64,000 bases of DNA from Magallana gigas. Lineage: Eukaryota. The stretch lies in contig NC_088854.1 of NCBI RefSeq assembly GCF_963853765.1, positions 39,866,001 to 39,930,000 on the forward strand, in the 5' to 3' direction. Within the stretch, counting starts at the first letter, position 1, and each line of letters starts with the position of its first letter. Position numbers and translations under genes: made by a program. The notes beneath the pieces were generated by a model that saw nothing but the letters and a program-made list of their open reading frames with translations, had not been told where the DNA came from and searched no databases. Below are positions 61,793 through 64,000 of the stretch, piece by piece.

Positions 61793-64000
61793 TTAGAAAT
61801 GGCGGAGCGTTTGGTAACGTTTTTTCCTATCAATGTCCTCTGTCGCCTTCCTGAATTTAAGGGCAAAGTCGGACAAGACAGAGAACAGTTCATTTGATGG
61901 AAGGCTGCTTACTTCTCCAAAGTATTCCTAGATTAGAATTTGAGAAAAAAAATCTTTAAAAAAGAAACAGTGTTCTCTTACCCTACATTTAAATGGCATC
62001 GTATTTAAAGTGCATGCATCTTAGTTGGAAGTATGAAACTGGATCATACTGTACTGAATATTTTATATAGTTTACCCTCACTAAAATATAAAACTTCCTG
62101 AACAGAAATGTTGCGAGTCGTGAAATCTAATCAGTCGTTAATTGTGAACCTTTTCGGTGAACTCTATAATTCTTTTGCCAGCAGGAAGGTTATTTGACAA
62201 ACTAATGTAAATTAGATCTTTTTCTTCGCTCTCGCATAAGCTCTATATAAGCGGACCAAATTATCTGAATATTTTAATAAGATTGACTGACGATCAATGT
62301 CTATTCGCCTTTTAAACATTGTATGGTTTTTTACAGGTCATAAGAGCCCATATAGCTTTATTTGATAAAAGTGGTGTACATTTGATGAAATACCTAAATT
62401 ACAATATAACAACAATAACAAAAGGTATGGCTTACCAAAAGATGACGATATGTGGTCTGTATGTTGGTACTCTCTTTCTCTAATAAATTCATACTGTTTT
62501 CAAACTCCACCAGTTTATGCTGATTGATTAGAAAATTATCACAAACTTAGCATTTAAACGATTAGTAATATAGAATGCACTAGTGTAAAAAGACTAATTT
62601 TAAGATCAGAAAAAGCACCTGTGCTTTATGTAGGAAGTCCGTCTCCATTTCGTTTGGTTTCTTTATCTTAGACTTCAAATGTTTGAGATTCTTTTTTAGT
62701 TTTGTAAGGTCACTTTTCAGAACTGCAAAAAACATATAGTCATTAAAATATCTTAATCAAAGACGTTTCATGCAAAAAATATTGCATGAATAATTCTATT
62801 TCGTACTTGTGTTTCAACCTAAAGACAAAGAACTTTTCATGTGCAGTGACGTTGCAATTTTACCTTCTACTTCAGTAACAAGGGCCTTGATGTTAATGTC
62901 TTTACATCTGATTACACTGTCCATTGTACCGGTCCATTTTATGATCTCTGGATCCTTTTCTTCCAACATTACCACGAGGAAATGTGAAAATGTAAAATCT
63001 GTTGTTTTGCCTCGCATATCCATAAACTGTTTCAAAAGAAACGAAATTGCAGCCTAATGGTTATAGTTTTCCATTGGAAACACCGTATTCTTTTGTTTGC
63101 AAATGGCATACATATATTTCTCTTTCCTGAGTATGAACACAGGATGAATCTCTCTGCCATTCAGTCAACTTAAATGTGACTGAAAGGTAACTGAAATGTG
63201 ACTGAATGGCATAACTCTGCCATTCAGTCACCTTTCCAGATCTTTCAGTTAACATTAAGTTGACTGAATAGCAGAGGTTTATCCAGTGGAATAACAGAAT
63301 GTGTTTGTAAGATGGTAACACTAGCATAATGAAACCAAATAAAGTGTATCGCTCATGAAAACGAAACATAGAGTCACTGTTTTATAAGTTTTAGAGTCGA
63401 CTTAATGTATCGAGTCACCTCTCTCCTGGATGCAGCATCGCACCATACAAAACTGTGTGATTGCACCATTGTGTGTGCAAAAAATGTACTCCGAAAAAGA
63501 ATGTACTTACAAACAGATGGACAGATATGCCACACAATAATACGACCGTCCGGTAAAAGGGTTCCAAATGACTATCTATACTTTTATTCATTAATGAATA
63601 TCGAAGTTAGTAGGAAAGTATATGTAGTATTGAATAAATGTGTGTATTAATGCTTATGTTCTTACCATCCTCAAAGAGGTTAATGGAAACCCATGTGTTT
63701 TATGACTACTATTCATAACATTTCCAACGGCAAGTATATACTCCATCAACTGCACAAGGTAAGTATTAGTCTTCAGGTCCGAACACGCTTGTGAAAGTTC
63801 TTCTAGAGACTGTAATCAAACGGAGATAAACAAATCATTAAATCAAATCACACATCTTTAAGATTCCTAGGGAATAGTGATATATTCATTAAATAACTCT
63901 TACTTCGTGAGTACATCTCAACTGTCTTGGAAAATCCCAAAGTAGTAGAATCAAATCCAGTCGAGTTCCAATATATTCAATTTCACACAGTTCACACATA
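61793..64000 (-). CDS. Formin, C-terminal part of an FH2 domain (gene continues beyond the window end)
   Basis: Exons 64000-63904 (truncated), 63809-63666, 63026-62864, 62722-62619, 62519-62436, 61927-61793, in frame. FH2 motifs: RLDLILLLWDFP, EYILAVGNVMN..HGFPLTSL..FMDMRG, HFLV, LLEYFGE...ELFSVLSDFALKFRKA. Confidence 0.9.
63152..63276. repeat. Hairpin MITE in a formin intron
   Basis: CTCTGCCATTCAGTCAACTTAA ... TTAAGTTGACTGAATAGCAGAG. Confidence 0.7.

Overview
AT-rich, intron-containing eukaryotic DNA, most likely an oyster (Ostreidae). That call is an inference from Cg170/Helentron-like repeats, MITE families and gene content. Hand-splicing gives nine protein-coding genes with consistent reading frames: an intronless histamine H3-like GPCR (+); PPP1R11 (-) head-to-head with KIFAP3 (+); a COLGALT procollagen galactosyltransferase (+); SWI5 (-) head-to-head with an ODAD3/CCDC151-like gene (+); two tandem paralogues encoding uncharacterised ~410-aa proteins with three PH/PH-like domains (-); and the 3' part of an FH2 formin (-) that runs off the window end. 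The ORF track barely shows the PH pair. The most notable observations are the triple-PH gene pair (conserved exon structure, internal PH duplication, a recently duplicated exon), two U12 minor-spliceosome introns (one AT-AC) plus a candidate 9-nt microexon in KIFAP3, a GC-AG intron in COLGALT, and two long fold-back elements. There is one assembly gap at 47014-47146. Family names come from remembered motifs, not from database searches.
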